Origin: Octopus bimaculoides
Taxonomy: Eukaryota
Assembly: GCF_001194135.2 (NCBI RefSeq)
Contig: NC_068983.1
Location: 124,576,246 to 124,640,245 of the forward strand
Reading direction: 5' to 3'
DNA length: 64,000 bases
Each line of letters starts with the position of its first letter. The first letter of the stretch is position 1. The notes beneath the pieces are model-generated. The model saw nothing but the letters and a program-made list of their open reading frames with translations, made no database searches and had not been told where the DNA came from. This document shows, in pieces, positions 1-12,343 of this stretch. The position numbers were made by a program, and so were the translations under genes.

Positions 1-3
<3 letters not shown>

Positions 4-49
<46 letters not shown>
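4..49. repeat. (TA)n microsatellite
   Basis: Pure TA run. Confidence 0.95.
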
Positions 50-53
<4 letters not shown>

Positions 54-1126
54 ACATTATAAGTACTGAGTCACGGAGGGACCACAAAACATTTCCAGGA
101 ACAAAGCATAAAAACGTATAGCGATGATTCGAAACCTAACCGTGACCAAACAACAATAGTTTCACGTGATCAATTCAATTTGTGAAGCAGCAAATCAGCG
201 TCGCGTCATTCAGTCTTCTAGAATCTTCTTGTACTCTATAAAAGACTGCTTTTGGCGCTTATTAATTGCAGATTGTCAAAAGGCGGCTCAGCGGTATGCG
301 CCTCCTCTCTTGCCAGCAGCTGACCCACTGAAAATGACCAAAATACACGATTCAGATAGATGTCCCAGAATCTCCATCACCACGATGAAAACGCAATTGT
401 TTTCAGATATGTTGCGCAAGTTGCATGTTGCCATTTCAACAGAGTTCTGTAAATTCAGAACCCAGTCTTGGTATTGAACCGTTGTTAACTCTAAAAAGCC
501 AACTCAATTTGTATCTATGCGCGACAATAAATTCTGTTAAATCTTCATGGGAGTTGTTTATTTACTTCTCCCGCAGCCGAGAAATATAATTTCATTCATT
601 AACTAAACCAGCAACCATTGCAGATTGACGATACACCATGATATACACTTGACATCTGATGACACAGCCTTACAACAACATCCTAACAAATGAATGCAAA
701 CATGCTGTGCCCTCATCAGTTGTCGACCAAATATCATCACAGTTTTGGCACCTTCTGACAATTTCGTCGAATTTGAAATTGCTGGGGGTATAGACAAGTG
801 GACAACATATAAGGACAGAAAAGCGTAAGTTGAGAGGATAGTGTCAAAAAAGAAAAAAAGAGGTTTGCAGAATGGACGATATGTTGTAAGGAGAATAGGT
901 AAAGTACAAACGAAACAACAGCATATATACATACGCATAGAATGTCTTCAATTTGGCAACAAAATTCAGACAAAGTGCATTTAGTAACGCACAGAGGAAT
1001 TATAGTGTACTTTCGGCATTGGGAAAAAATATTAAGCAGTAGGACAGTGCAAAAAGGGAAGGGTGGTACAAGAAACACGAAGAGGAAGCTTTCTTGGAGG
1101 GAGTAGAGGAAAAAGTTGGAGGCAGG

Positions 1127-1127
1127 A

Positions 1128-1162
<35 letters not shown>

Positions 1163-1330
1163 GACAAAGTGAGAGAGGAGGAGAGAAAGAGAGAGTGAAA
1201 GGAAGAGAGAGAGATAGAAAGAGAGTGAAAGGGAGAGGTAGTGAGAGAGAGATGGATAGAGAGAAATAGAAAGTGAGAAAGAACTGTCGCACAGACAATC
1301 AGAACAGAGGAGAAAGATAAGCAGGAAGAG
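1127..1330. repeat. Degenerate (GA)n purine-rich low-complexity tract
   Basis: Interrupted GAGA repeats; source of the spurious SLSLSL ORFs. Confidence 0.85.
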
Positions 1331-2221
1331 AGGAATAGAGTGATAGAAATACAAATACATGGAGAGGGAGGGAAGAGAAAACAACGGAAAAATGATGCGG
1401 TGGTAGCTACGTAGAAAAAATGATGTTTTATGTGTGTTTGTTGGATTTACTATATACCGCGCGCTCACACGGACCCCGGGCTTCTACCATCAGATTACAT
1501 TACCTTGTTCATTCGGAATACGCCATTTCTGCACCTTGCTTGTGAATCATTATAAGTTGTCCGTGACTCTTCCTCTTTAACTCGTCTTCCCTTAACCTAT
1601 CTTCTGTTCTACTTCCACTCTCTGTCCCGTTTCTCTTACTCCTTTTATCGCCACCAACAACACCCACACCGACAGTCACACCCTCTCACCATGCCTGATC
1701 TCCATTCCTTCCTCCAGCACCTTCACTTCCTTCTATCCCATTTTCTTTCCAACTTCCCCCACCCAATGCCTGCAACCCGCTAAAAACTCTTTCACTTGCT
1801 TCTTAAAAAAACTCGACATTCTAACCATCTCTCTTTCCTTTGTTGTTGCGTCCGTCATCACGTCACACCCGTGGCTTCCGCTTGAAGTTCCACGCTACCC
1901 CTATTCATCTCCCTCCATCGATCCCACCTTTCCGCCTTCTCATCCGTGCCACCATCCGTTCCACCCGTTCCCCCCTTCACTCCCTTGACCATCAACTCCC
2001 CCAAGCTTACCTCCTCCTTTCCTCCCTCTGCCTTCCATCCTTCCCCCAACACATTCTCCGCTTCTTGATCTTAACCACCAACTCCACAATTTCCTCACAC
2101 AAAAAACAAAAATTTCCATCGCCTCCTCAACCCTTCACCACCTCCCCCTCACGCCCCACATCCCCGATACCCGCCCCATCAGCTCCCCCCTCCCACTCCT
2201 GCAACCACCACGCCTCTCCCC

Positions 2222-2907
2222 NNNNNNNNNNNNNNNNNNNNNNNNNNNNNNNNNNNNNNNNNNNNNNNNNNNNNNNNNNNNNNNNNNNNNNNNNNNNNNN
2301 NNNNNNNNNNNNNNNNNNNNNNNNNNNNNNNNNNNNNNNNNNNNNNNNNNNNNNNNNNNNNNNNNNNNNNNNNNNNNNNNNNNNNNNNNNNNNNNNNNNN
2401 NNNNNNNNNNNNNNNNNNNNNNNNNNNNNNNNNNNNNNNNNNNNNNNNNNNNNNNNNNNNNNNNNNNNNNNNNNNNNNNNNNNNNNNNNNNNNNNNNNNN
2501 NNNNNNNNNNNNNNNNNNNNNNNNNNNNNNNNNNNNNNNNNNNNNNNNNNNNNNNNNNNNNNNNNNNNNNNNNNNNNNNNNNNNNNNNNNNNNNNNNNNN
2601 NNNNNNNNNNNNNNNNNNNNNNNNNNNNNNNNNNNNNNNNNNNNNNNNNNNNNNNNNNNNNNNNNNNNNNNNNNNNNNNNNNNNNNNNNNNNNNNNNNNN
2701 NNNNNNNNNNNNNNNNNNNNNNNNNNNNNNNNNNNNNNNNNNNNNNNNNNNNNNNNNNNNNNNNNNNNNNNNNNNNNNNNNNNNNNNNNNNNNNNNNNNN
2801 NNNNNNNNNNNNNNNNNNNNNNNNNNNNNNNNNNNNNNNNNNNNNNNNNNNNNNNNNNNNNNNNNNNNNNNNNNNNNNNNNNNNNNNNNNNNNNNNNNNN
2901 NNNNNNC
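2222..2907. other. Assembly gap (N-run)
   Basis: Other gaps: 16021-16030, 22538-23515, 31200-31896, 33621-34094, 41856-42169, 48008-48708, 49640-49782, 61300-61624. Most are flanked by microsatellites. Confidence 0.99.
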
Positions 2908-3515
2908 CTCATCAATTGTCTGGAGTCGTGATGGGAACGAAAGTGGGCCCCAATTTCGCCAAGCTATTTGTTGGTCACATTCAGGCGCAAGTATTCTCCC
3001 AATTCTCCGGGCCGACCCCAGAGCTATACGGTCGCTACATAGACGACTGTATAGGCACCACTTCGCTCTCCCGCGGACAACTCTTCATCTCTTTCCTCTC
3101 TAACTTATGCCCCTCTCTCCAATTTACTTCTGCCATCTCTAACACCTCGGTTAACATCCTAGATATCTCTCTTACTATTGACCTCCCTTCTCACTCTCTC
3201 ACCACCTCTGCCTTCTTCAAACACACAAATTCCCACCTGTACCTCAACTTCTCCTCCTCCTATCCCTCCCACACCAAACGGGCCATCCTCTACTCCCAGT
3301 TCCTCCGCCTCCGACGCTTGTGTAGCCGGGACCAGGATTTCGAGACCCAGTCCCAGTACCTTGTCCACCTGTTCATGCATCGAGGATACCCCTCAACCCT
3401 TGTCCAAACCGCCCTTGCCCACGCTCGTCGAATCGATCGCACAACCACCCTCTCTCTTCCCAACACCAATCCCTTAATCGCACCCTTTCTCTTCCTTACC
3501 ACGCCTCCACCCTAA
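2908..3515 (+). pseudogene. PLE reverse transcriptase core and thumb fragment
   Basis: GVVMGTKVGPNFAKLFVG...RYIDDC...HLYLNFSSSYPSHTKRAILYSQFLRLRRLCS...RGYP are typical PLE RT motifs. Frameshifts follow ~3460 (IFPNPPLSSFKRVRNLHDLLVRS lies in another frame). Confidence 0.9.
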
Positions 3516-3698
3516 CCCTTCGTCGGAGGATTCTACGGGCTTCCCTTCGTCTCCAGCTAGATACCACCACCACATTTTCCCTAATCCACCCTTGTCCTCC
3601 TTTAAACGCGTCCGAAATCTACACGATCTACTGGTCCGTAGCACCTTATCCTCTTCCCCCATTTCCACCCGGATTCTTCCCTTGTCCTAGATCCCACC

Positions 3699-4076
3699 TG
3701 CCCTTTCATCACCGACACCACCTCCCTCATTGGTTCCAACCAGCACACTCTCCACATTAGAAACTCTTTCTCCTGCATCACTTCAAGCCCTATCTATTGC
3801 ATTAGATGTAATCTTTGTAATAAACTCTACGTAGGTCAGACTGGCCGCCGGCTAGCCGACCGGTTCACCGAACATCTAAGAGATGTAAGGCTACGCACGA
3901 ACACCCCCGTCACCCATTATTTCCGCTTTGCCAACCACTCCCCCACTAATATCTCTGTCTTTGGCCTCACCCTGCATCACGGATTCACATACTCGCGGCT
4001 CCGCCTGGAACATCGTTACATTTTCAGTCTACAAACACAAATTCCTTTCGGACTCAACACAGCCCTCTCCTCTTAA
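3699..4076 (+). pseudogene. PLE GIY-YIG endonuclease domain
   Basis: My translation: CPFITDTTSLIGSNQHTLHIRNSFSCITSSPIYCIRCNLCNKLYVGQTGRRLADRFTEHLRDVR...RLRLEHRYIFSLQTQIPFGLN. It has IYC..C..C..YVGQT and the terminal GLN motif, and is open to TAA at 4074-4076. The ORF track missed it. Confidence 0.9.
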
Positions 4077-4429
4077 CGACTGTCTCTATAAACCCCTTAA
4101 AAAGAGCAACTTTTTATTTTATTTTATTTATTTTATGTTATTTTAGTTCATCTTATTTTATGCTCCCTAATAACCACTTACTTTATTACAATTACCCCAT
4201 CTCGATTTTTTATCATTTTCTTATTACTTTCTTTCTGTCGTATTGTTTAACTTTATATTGCGTTATTTTTTATAATTGTATTAATTTCTTCTTTTTTTAT
4301 GTTTGTATTAATTTCTATTTTATCCCTTTAATTATTGTTATTTAATTTCTTATTTTTTATCTTGCATCTGCTAATTTTTGTAATTTTTTTTATTTCTTGT
4401 ACCCTTCCCCCATTTTATCAATCTTATTT

Positions 4430-5300
4430 TATTATAATTTTATTTCTATATACACGCAAACATACACACACGCACATATGCACACACACGAAAAAATACA
4501 CGCTCCCACGCACACACATGAACGGACATATACCTCCCAAACACACCACACATACACACAATGCACATGCACATACATACACACATATACATCCACACAC
4601 ACACACGCACACACGTTCACACACGCGCGCACACACACGTACACAGGAACATACATATACCTCCACATAACAACTCCCACACACTCACATACATGCACGC
4701 ACTCACATACATACACACACGCACACACATATGCACACGCACACACATACACACACACACGTACATCCATATGAACTCACACATAGCTCCCACACACACA
4801 ACACACACTCATACATACACGCATACAATTACACATACATGGGCATATACACACACGCACATACACGCACACACACACGCACGCCCCCACACACAGAGGA
4901 ACGCACACATACTCCATATACTCAACACACACAACCTCACGCACACACACATACACACACGCACCTGCACACATACACACACACGCCCCACATAAACGCA
5001 TGCACACACTACATACAAAACATACACACAACATATACATACACGCACACACATACACACACACGCACACACATACTTCAAACTGTCAGTCAAGCACCCT
5101 TCTACTGACCATTCCTCTCCGCACATGTGAATAGACACACAACTACACAAAAGACTGCCACTCCTGCTACTCAATTCTTCCTACAACATTAAGCGACACA
5201 AAGTTTACTCACACAACACATATAAACAGCTAAAACCACACACACACACACCACACACACACGCATATACGCACACATGTGCTATTACACCCTCACACAC
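4430..5300. repeat. Long degenerate (CA)/(CATA)-rich low-complexity tract
   Basis: About 870 bp of interrupted CA repeats; source of the HTHT/VCVC ORFs. Confidence 0.9.
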
Positions 5301-5484
5301 AGAGGCTTGGACATACCAGCCACACATACACACCTTCTTCTCTTACACTCTCCAGTCTTAGAAAGAATTTTTCTTCACCCATTTCCTTTCCGGTCATTTC
5401 AAAATGTAACCACGTGTGAACCGTGGCGATTTTCTTCCTCCGTCTTCCCTTCTATTAGTCTTTCCTCTGTTTCCTATATATATA

Positions 5485-5585
5485 GGCGCAGGAGTGGCCT
5501 TGTGGTAAGTATCTTTTACTATAGACTTGGGTCGACCAAAGCCTTGTGAGTGGATTTGGTAGGCAGAAACTGAAAGACGCCCGTC

Positions 5586-5612
<27 letters not shown>
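5485..5612 (+). mobile_element. tRNA-derived SINE (family A, GGCGCAGGAGTGGC head), internally deleted, with (TA)n tail
   Basis: Matches copies at 16495, 45124, 59400 and 49806(-) (...CCAAAGCCTTGTGAGTGGATTTGGTAG.C.GAAACTGAAAGA.GCCCGTC). Confidence 0.8.
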
Positions 5613-5616
<4 letters not shown>

Positions 5617-6602
5617 GTTTGGACAAAATAATGGAAACACCTACCATCATAGCATCATAATTTTGAAATATCTATAAAACTGTCGAAAGCTTTATATTTA
5701 TATTTTTGATTTATTACTAGTGTTGCTTAATGTTTTGTTAAAATTGCTGTTTCTTTTCAGATATCATCAGAAAAAGGTAATTAAAATATATTAAAATTAC
5801 AGATCTATCGGACTTTCAGAGAGGTCAAATTGTTGGTGCTCGTATGGCTGACGCTAGCGTAATTTAAACACCCGAAATAGTTGGTGTATCAGGAAGTACT
5901 GTCTCCAAAGTAATGACAGCCTTTTTTAAACAGGGCAAAATCCTCCTCGTCGAAACAAAACTCTGGAAGAAAGCCAAAACCTTCAGATAAGGACCGTCGG
6001 ACTCTTACGCAATTTGTTAGAAAGGATCACAAAAGTACAGCTCTCAAAATTACAAAATTACTGCAGAGCTTAATGACCACCGCCAGAACCCAGTTTCCAC
6101 AAAAGTTGTTCGCCGGGAGCGGCACAGAGACGGATTTCACGGGAGGGCTCCAATCAGAAAACCACTACTTTCAAAAACAAACGTTGCAAAGCGTTTAGAA
6201 TGGAGTAAAAACCTACAGAATTGGCTCCTAGAGCAGTAGAAGACTGTTATTTTCGCGGACGAGTCAACCTTTACCTTATTTCCGACCACCGGCCGAGTAT
6301 ACGTGTGGAGACTGCCAAAAGAAGCATTTGACCCAGATTGCCTTCTTTCAAATGTTAAAGATGGAGGAGTATCTGTGATGATCTGGGTCGGGGCTATATA
6401 TTGGAAATCCGCTGGTCCAATGTTTTCTCTTCGTAGCAGAATTAATAGTCAAGACTATTTAAGCATTTTATCTGATCAAATTCATCCTATGGTTACGGAA
6501 CTGTTTCCGGAGGGAAGCGCAATCTTTCAGGGTGATAATGCCCCAATTCTCGCAGTAAAGTTGTTACTGAATGGCACTAGGAACATTCTGGGGAAGTTGA
6601 GA
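5613..6602 (+). mobile_element. Tc1-like transposon (DD36E family) copy A, 3'-truncated
   Basis: Degenerate TIR TTGGACAAAATAATGGAAACACCT; DLSDFQRGQIVGARM...VIFADES...VMIW...IFQGDNAP with stops and frameshifts. Confidence 0.92.
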
Positions 6603-9600
6603 TAACTTAGAAGTGACATCTGTGTCTCTGTCTTACGAAAATATCTGTGTAACTTACTTAAATCCAAAAGAAGTTAACAAAATCTGCTTGACATGATTAT
6701 TCAGGAAAGAAATCTACAAAATTGAATATTTTGTATAATTATATAGTCCCAAAAGTGAAAAAAACTTTCTGATAATTTGATCATCTAATTTGTAGTTCCA
6801 TTGCCTAGTAGCCGAGACCCCTTTCTGCAGAAATTTCTTGTATCCAACGAAGAAGTATTAGTGCCTTAGTATTAGTGCTTTTACTGTCATTACTGCATAT
6901 AACTAATTTTTGAAAACATATCTTTTAAATATTCTGGAATTAAATGATGTTCAATTTTGCGGCGTTATTGTTACTATTTGTAAGTGCATTAATTAAATAA
7001 TTTAATAGCGTAAAAATAATATTTTTGAATCCAGATATAGATGTAATTAACAACAGGAAATAATTAGTGTTTAATAATAGATTGGACAGAATCGTATTTG
7101 ATGCCATTTAACATTTATGTCTGATAATACAGTATCAAAATATAGTAAACGAAATATTCTTTGTTACTGTGTTTAGTTTTAGATCCATATTTGCTTTTGT
7201 ATGCTCATGCTTACAAGCCTGCTCCTGTCTGGCTTAATGCATGTTTATTTTTTTTATGCACACACAAGCTTATTCGCTGGTGTTTACTCCATGTTAACAT
7301 ATATTTTCATGTAGAAGTATGTTTGTGGGCGGCTTATACTCGTAACATTGTTGTATATCTTCCAGTGCTATTAAAATATGAACAAATAAATCATGAAGCA
7401 TCTACCTTAAGTAATGATTTACTTCATTAAATTGAATGCCCTTCCTGCAGTAGCATCAGAGTGTGGAATCATAAGTAGAAAAGTGATGAGAAGAAATGGT
7501 TTAAGGAGTTATTTAGAGATGCTCTAATAATTTTTGTTTGCAATTAAAGCCATAAAATTAATAAAATCATATCATACTTTGCATCACAATAATTCATACT
7601 TAATGGCTACATATTTACATTAAATATTACCTTCCGTCTTTATCTACGTAGATACATTTGTGACACGGGTCAAATTTCTTTTATTCTTCTGAGGTTGATG
7701 CCATAAATATTAGTCAATAGCGGAGACAGTTTAACCAGTATATGCCCCAATGCTTCACATTTGATAAATCTAATAAAATCTAATAAAAGAAATCAAAGTT
7801 ATTATCGTAGTCTCAAATTTCTTATTAAATGCTGGAAAGAAGTAAAATTATCGAACTAGTGTACCAAGGATTCATACAGAGAATAGTCTTTCTCAAAAGT
7901 GTCAATTTTTATTGTCATGAAGAATTTAAGTGATATTACGGTTCGTGATTCGTGAGTATAGCAATGCTACATATGAAGGTATGCGAAGAATGCGAAGTTA
8001 CTATAATTTCCCGCCAAGCAGGATCCCTAACTTCTTATATCAACTCTAAAATTATTTTTAAAAACGGAAAGAGTAGAAAACCGAAAATGTACCGCAAGTT
8101 GATCAGGCATAAGGGTTCGAACTCAGACAGGTTAGGAAGAATTGTTATCTTTGCCTCTCTACAGATAATAACTCGTAACATAGTAGTATTAAGAACCTAT
8201 TTATGTAGTTGATAAATACTTGATTGTATTTTAATATTGGTTTTCTTTTAATTTAAGATTTAACTAAGCATATAGAGTTTGAATTATCAGAGACAGCTGT
8301 GAATCGGTTGGGGAAATGAAATATTGACCAAGTGATTTTAACTTATTTAAATTCCAAGGAAATTGACTAGAACGACAACATGGGAAAGAGTATCTGACAT
8401 TTCTGTGAATTTTTCATTGTCTAGTTTTTAAAATTTTGTGTCTACAATTTTCATTTTTGTTTGTTTCAATTCTTCATAAAATATGAGCTAATAATGATTA
8501 CTTATCATTTACGAGAAGCTGTCACAACTCTCAGCAGACATCTTCAGCAATGCACAATGTCTTCTTTTTTCCTATAATTTTACTTGATGAGTTAGTAATA
8601 ATCAAGAGGCTACGGTTTATCTAGACGTTCTGATGTATGGAGATGTAGTTCGCATCATGTTGTCACCATTGAGCTATATTAAATTTCTACCATCCTCAGT
8701 TTACTTGGCTAATATGGATAATAGATACTTTTTACTTCACTCTGTTACTGCTGTGGAATCTCATTGAAGTAAAAAAAAAGGCATAATTTCGAATTTCATT
8801 ATTTCAGTATCGAGACCTGTTAACGATAAGATTTTACACGTTAACTTAGTCAAATAGTAACACTATAAATATTAGATATTATGTTAATGTCTGTATACCT
8901 GTGTGCTTGTACATTACCGTTCAATGTTGGGTTCATTCAGCCAACGTTTCCAAGTATCCCGGTGAATAATTTCCAAGAATTACAGTAATGTCCAGTCAGT
9001 GCTGTGTATCCAGTTTCCTCTCTTTTACCTTCACACTTCCTACTCTACTCATTATTCTTACCGAGAAGAATAAGGATTCATAATTAAACCTAGGGCTGTA
9101 TCAATTTTATCACATTTAATACCTAAATGGTAGAGGTCATTAACATGTGAACTGGTGAACGAAAAGTTACAATCCATATAAAGATTTGAACCATGAACAG
9201 TATTAATGTTGGAGTTCATGGCGAAAGCACATGCTTAACATAGCTTGGACCACACCACAATAACTCTCCCTTCCTTTCAAGTCAAGATAGATTTTAGTAC
9301 CCGTCAATTATTGACATTTTACAATGTCAGATATGATTCACAAAAGAGTATCGATCGCATAACTGAGATGATGTTGCTTCTGTATATACACCCTTGACCG
9401 CACCAGTAAGAAGGGCCACCTGAATAATTGCCATAAAGTCACTGATAGATACGCCTTTTCTCTCCGTCTTGCCAACAGATACCATAATAACATCTGCTCT
9501 TCATTGTTAGGTGGACTCATGTGTACTCTACTCAGGCATCTCTGAATCTCTTATCTTTCTTCTTCTTGTCATCACTGCTGTGTCCAACCTGCCAAGTTCC

Positions 9601-10349
9601 ACACTTATCATTACACCCATGCCTTCCTCCTCAGAACGTTGCATTCCACTGGAATAGCTCTTTGCTTGTGTATTTCTTTCAGTTGTTGACTTACAAAGGC
9701 TAAAAGAAGAGCATCAGTATAGTATCAGTCTCATTAGTCTAGAAGGGCCTGTGAAATTCATGGGTGATATTCCTACGTGCAAGGCAACAATTAAAATAAA
9801 ACATCCCCGAGCTGAGTGTTAACCTATGAAAAATGCTGTCACAATACTCCATGAACAGTTGTGATCAATAAACAGTGCTGATTTATGAACAGAGTGGTTA
9901 AACTAATGAAGCTGATATATGAGAAATCATGGTCTATGAACAAAACTCAGCTTTGATCTAGAATTATATTATGTCGTCTGCAGAAAATTGTGGCATAAGA
10001 GGCAAATCAAATGCTCGACCAAATCTCCGACAGAATATAATTATTTTTTAAACCCTACTTCGTGTTTTAAATTCTCGATTCCGCACAAGTTTGTGTTCAT
10101 ATGAGAATGTCAGATTCATGAAAAAAAAAAACAAAAACAAAAAAAAGCAAACAAACAAACAAACAATGTTTCACGAAATGATCTTTGACTATTTTGTTTT
10201 TTATACTCAATCTATTTGCTCTTAGTTAACTCTAATTCGATTTGTATTGAACGTTATATAATTATTCTTCGATTATATTAATTTCTAGCATTTTAATATC
10301 ACATACTTTACTGTATTTGTAGAAGCTCCATTATTAGTTCTTTATAAAA

Positions 10350-11262
10350 TAATTAACAGAAATACCAAGTGTTGCCCGGGTTAAAGAAAATAATGAAATT
10401 AAAAAAACGCCATTTAGATCTCTAACATGAAACATAGACTACTCAGGTCTTACCTCCTAGTAGCTGAGATACCAACTTTATACGTTAATAACCCGGTGTT
10501 TCCCAGGTTATTGAGAATATTGAAATTTAAGTATGCCTTTTAAATCTCTAAATAAAATGAAACATGGATTATGCAGTTCTCAAAAGTAATTAGCTGAGGT
10601 ACAAACTGTTAATGTCAGTAACACGTTTCATCTGATATTCTCAATTAAAATTATTAAAAAAAAACAGGTAGTTCTTTGTATTTGCAATCACCTTCAAATG
10701 TCAGTACTTATTTGAAACACGTTGAACCTGAAAGTGCATAAATTTGAGAAGAGCCGGCCTGCAGGCGCTCCCCTCCTGTTAATAAGTACATTTAATAAAA
10801 AATCTATGAGACAACGTGAGTAGAAACAAATGTATTGAAACAAATCCGGAAATCAATCACAGTTTAATTATCTAGAGCTTCTAAATATACGATGTTTTGA
10901 GTGTTTCCTTTAATTGGTGTATAAATGAAAAGATTTTGGGGACTTCCAACTCACGAACATCCTACATATAATTGCCCATGAGAGAAGCAAGGTGAAGTCC
11001 AACAACCTTGAGAGACTGTCCTTGAGACTTGTTTATTGAGACTTGTTTCACTGGGAACTGGAACCATTTATATTCAAAGGGGAGGTCATATGGGATTAAT
11101 GGGATCACCCTTATAGTTCCCAGTCATAACTGTTGCCTCTAGGACATGGGGTCGCATCGCTTTCACCACCAGTCATGTACCCTAGGTATGGTACAGGTTG
11201 ATCCTGAAGTTTGAGCGTGCTTTGAGGATACACATACAGACGGTATTTTATATAGTAAGATC
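10350..11262 (+). mobile_element. Possible non-autonomous Helitron-like element
   Basis: Two copies of a 5' motif (AATACCAAGTGTTGCCCGGG, AATAACCCGGTGTTTCCCAGG) and a 3' ACATACAGACGGTATTTTATATAGTAAGAT end resembling such elements. Pattern recall only. Confidence 0.35.
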
Positions 11263-12304
11263 ATAAAAACAATTCATAATATTTATACCGCGTTCAAAAT
11301 CTGATGAGCCCTGACCAATATGTTATGAATGTTGAGAATATATAACTAGAAAAAGTAAACAGAAATAATAGAGCATTTATATGCTATGATGAACATAGAG
11401 ACAAGATTATAGCAACAATTCTTCACGCCTATGATTCCTTTGATTTCGACAGTCAACATTCTCAATTTTTCTTAACCCAGCTGTAGCTTTCAGCAAGCTG
11501 AACTGTGCTCCAACTTTGTGTTAGAAAGTATATGAATATATTTAAAAGCTAACATTTTCATTCCTCATTTCTACTTCATAATTAAACAGCTATTTAAATT
11601 ACGAGAGGAAAAAATAGACATTACATATTTTATTAGCAAAATCTTGTGTAATGTTTCTCGAACTCAAACTTATTACTTACTTTGGGCAAGAATTTTAGAT
11701 TTATTCACATGTATTTAGAAACACTTGAAGCATTTAAATATTAAGATTTTTATAATGTTGAAACGGTAATTAAAAATAAACAAGAAAAAGGAAACATTAT
11801 TCAAATAGCTAAAGTGGAATACATTAGTTCCTGATGAGAATATCCGCCCTTAACGTGTAATGTAAATCTATCTCTTCGAAGTATTTCAAAAGTTCTATTT
11901 CTATTTTATTTCGAATACATAACTCAACCTTCTCATTTTAAAATGGATATTTGAAGCTTTTGAAACTGAAGATGACAGGATCAGGTATAAAATAGAAAGT
12001 AATTAAAGACGGAAAGAACTAGGAAAAGCTATGAAGTAGTAACAGATAACATTTAAAGAAAACCAATTGAATTTGTCCAAATTATATCCGAAATGAATGA
12101 AAATCAAATATTTAAGAAAGCATAAGCTATGATTTTTGTAAGTCAAGCGGAAAAATATCAGTTATTTATTTATCTATTAGTTGCACTTTAAAACAACTAT
12201 TTTCATACAAACATATATACATTTTATATACATATGCATGCACTTAGACAATTTTATTCATAGCTAAATCCCATAATCACACGCATAAAAATCTAGAGGA
12301 GAAC

Positions 12305-12343
<39 letters not shown>

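Larger units (their letters stand above)
1500..4430 (+). mobile_element. Penelope-like retroelement (Neptune-type), degenerate, interrupted by an assembly gap
   Basis: N-terminal FLCCCVRHHVTPRGFRLKF (~1830-1890), RT core after the gap, then a GIY-YIG endonuclease and an AT-rich 3' region. Boundaries approximate. Confidence 0.85.

Noticed and set aside
166-938. Possible hAT (Buster/Charlie) transposase or RT remnant
   Set aside because: Only faint motif echoes (KAVSSDVKC.., DDTAL) in broken frames; cannot be supported without an HMM search.
4397-5174. His/Thr-rich and Cys/Val-rich ORFs (also at 50.2-50.8 kb and elsewhere)
   Set aside because: Translations of CA/TG microsatellite DNA.
9320-9720. 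GC-richer island that might be an exon or an RTE 3' remnant
   Set aside because: No convincing splice-bounded frame or diagnostic motif; weak CWQD/LYGN similarity only.
11830-11860. CTGATGAG hammerhead-like 5' core (also at ~11303)
   Set aside because: No stem II followed by GAAA downstream.
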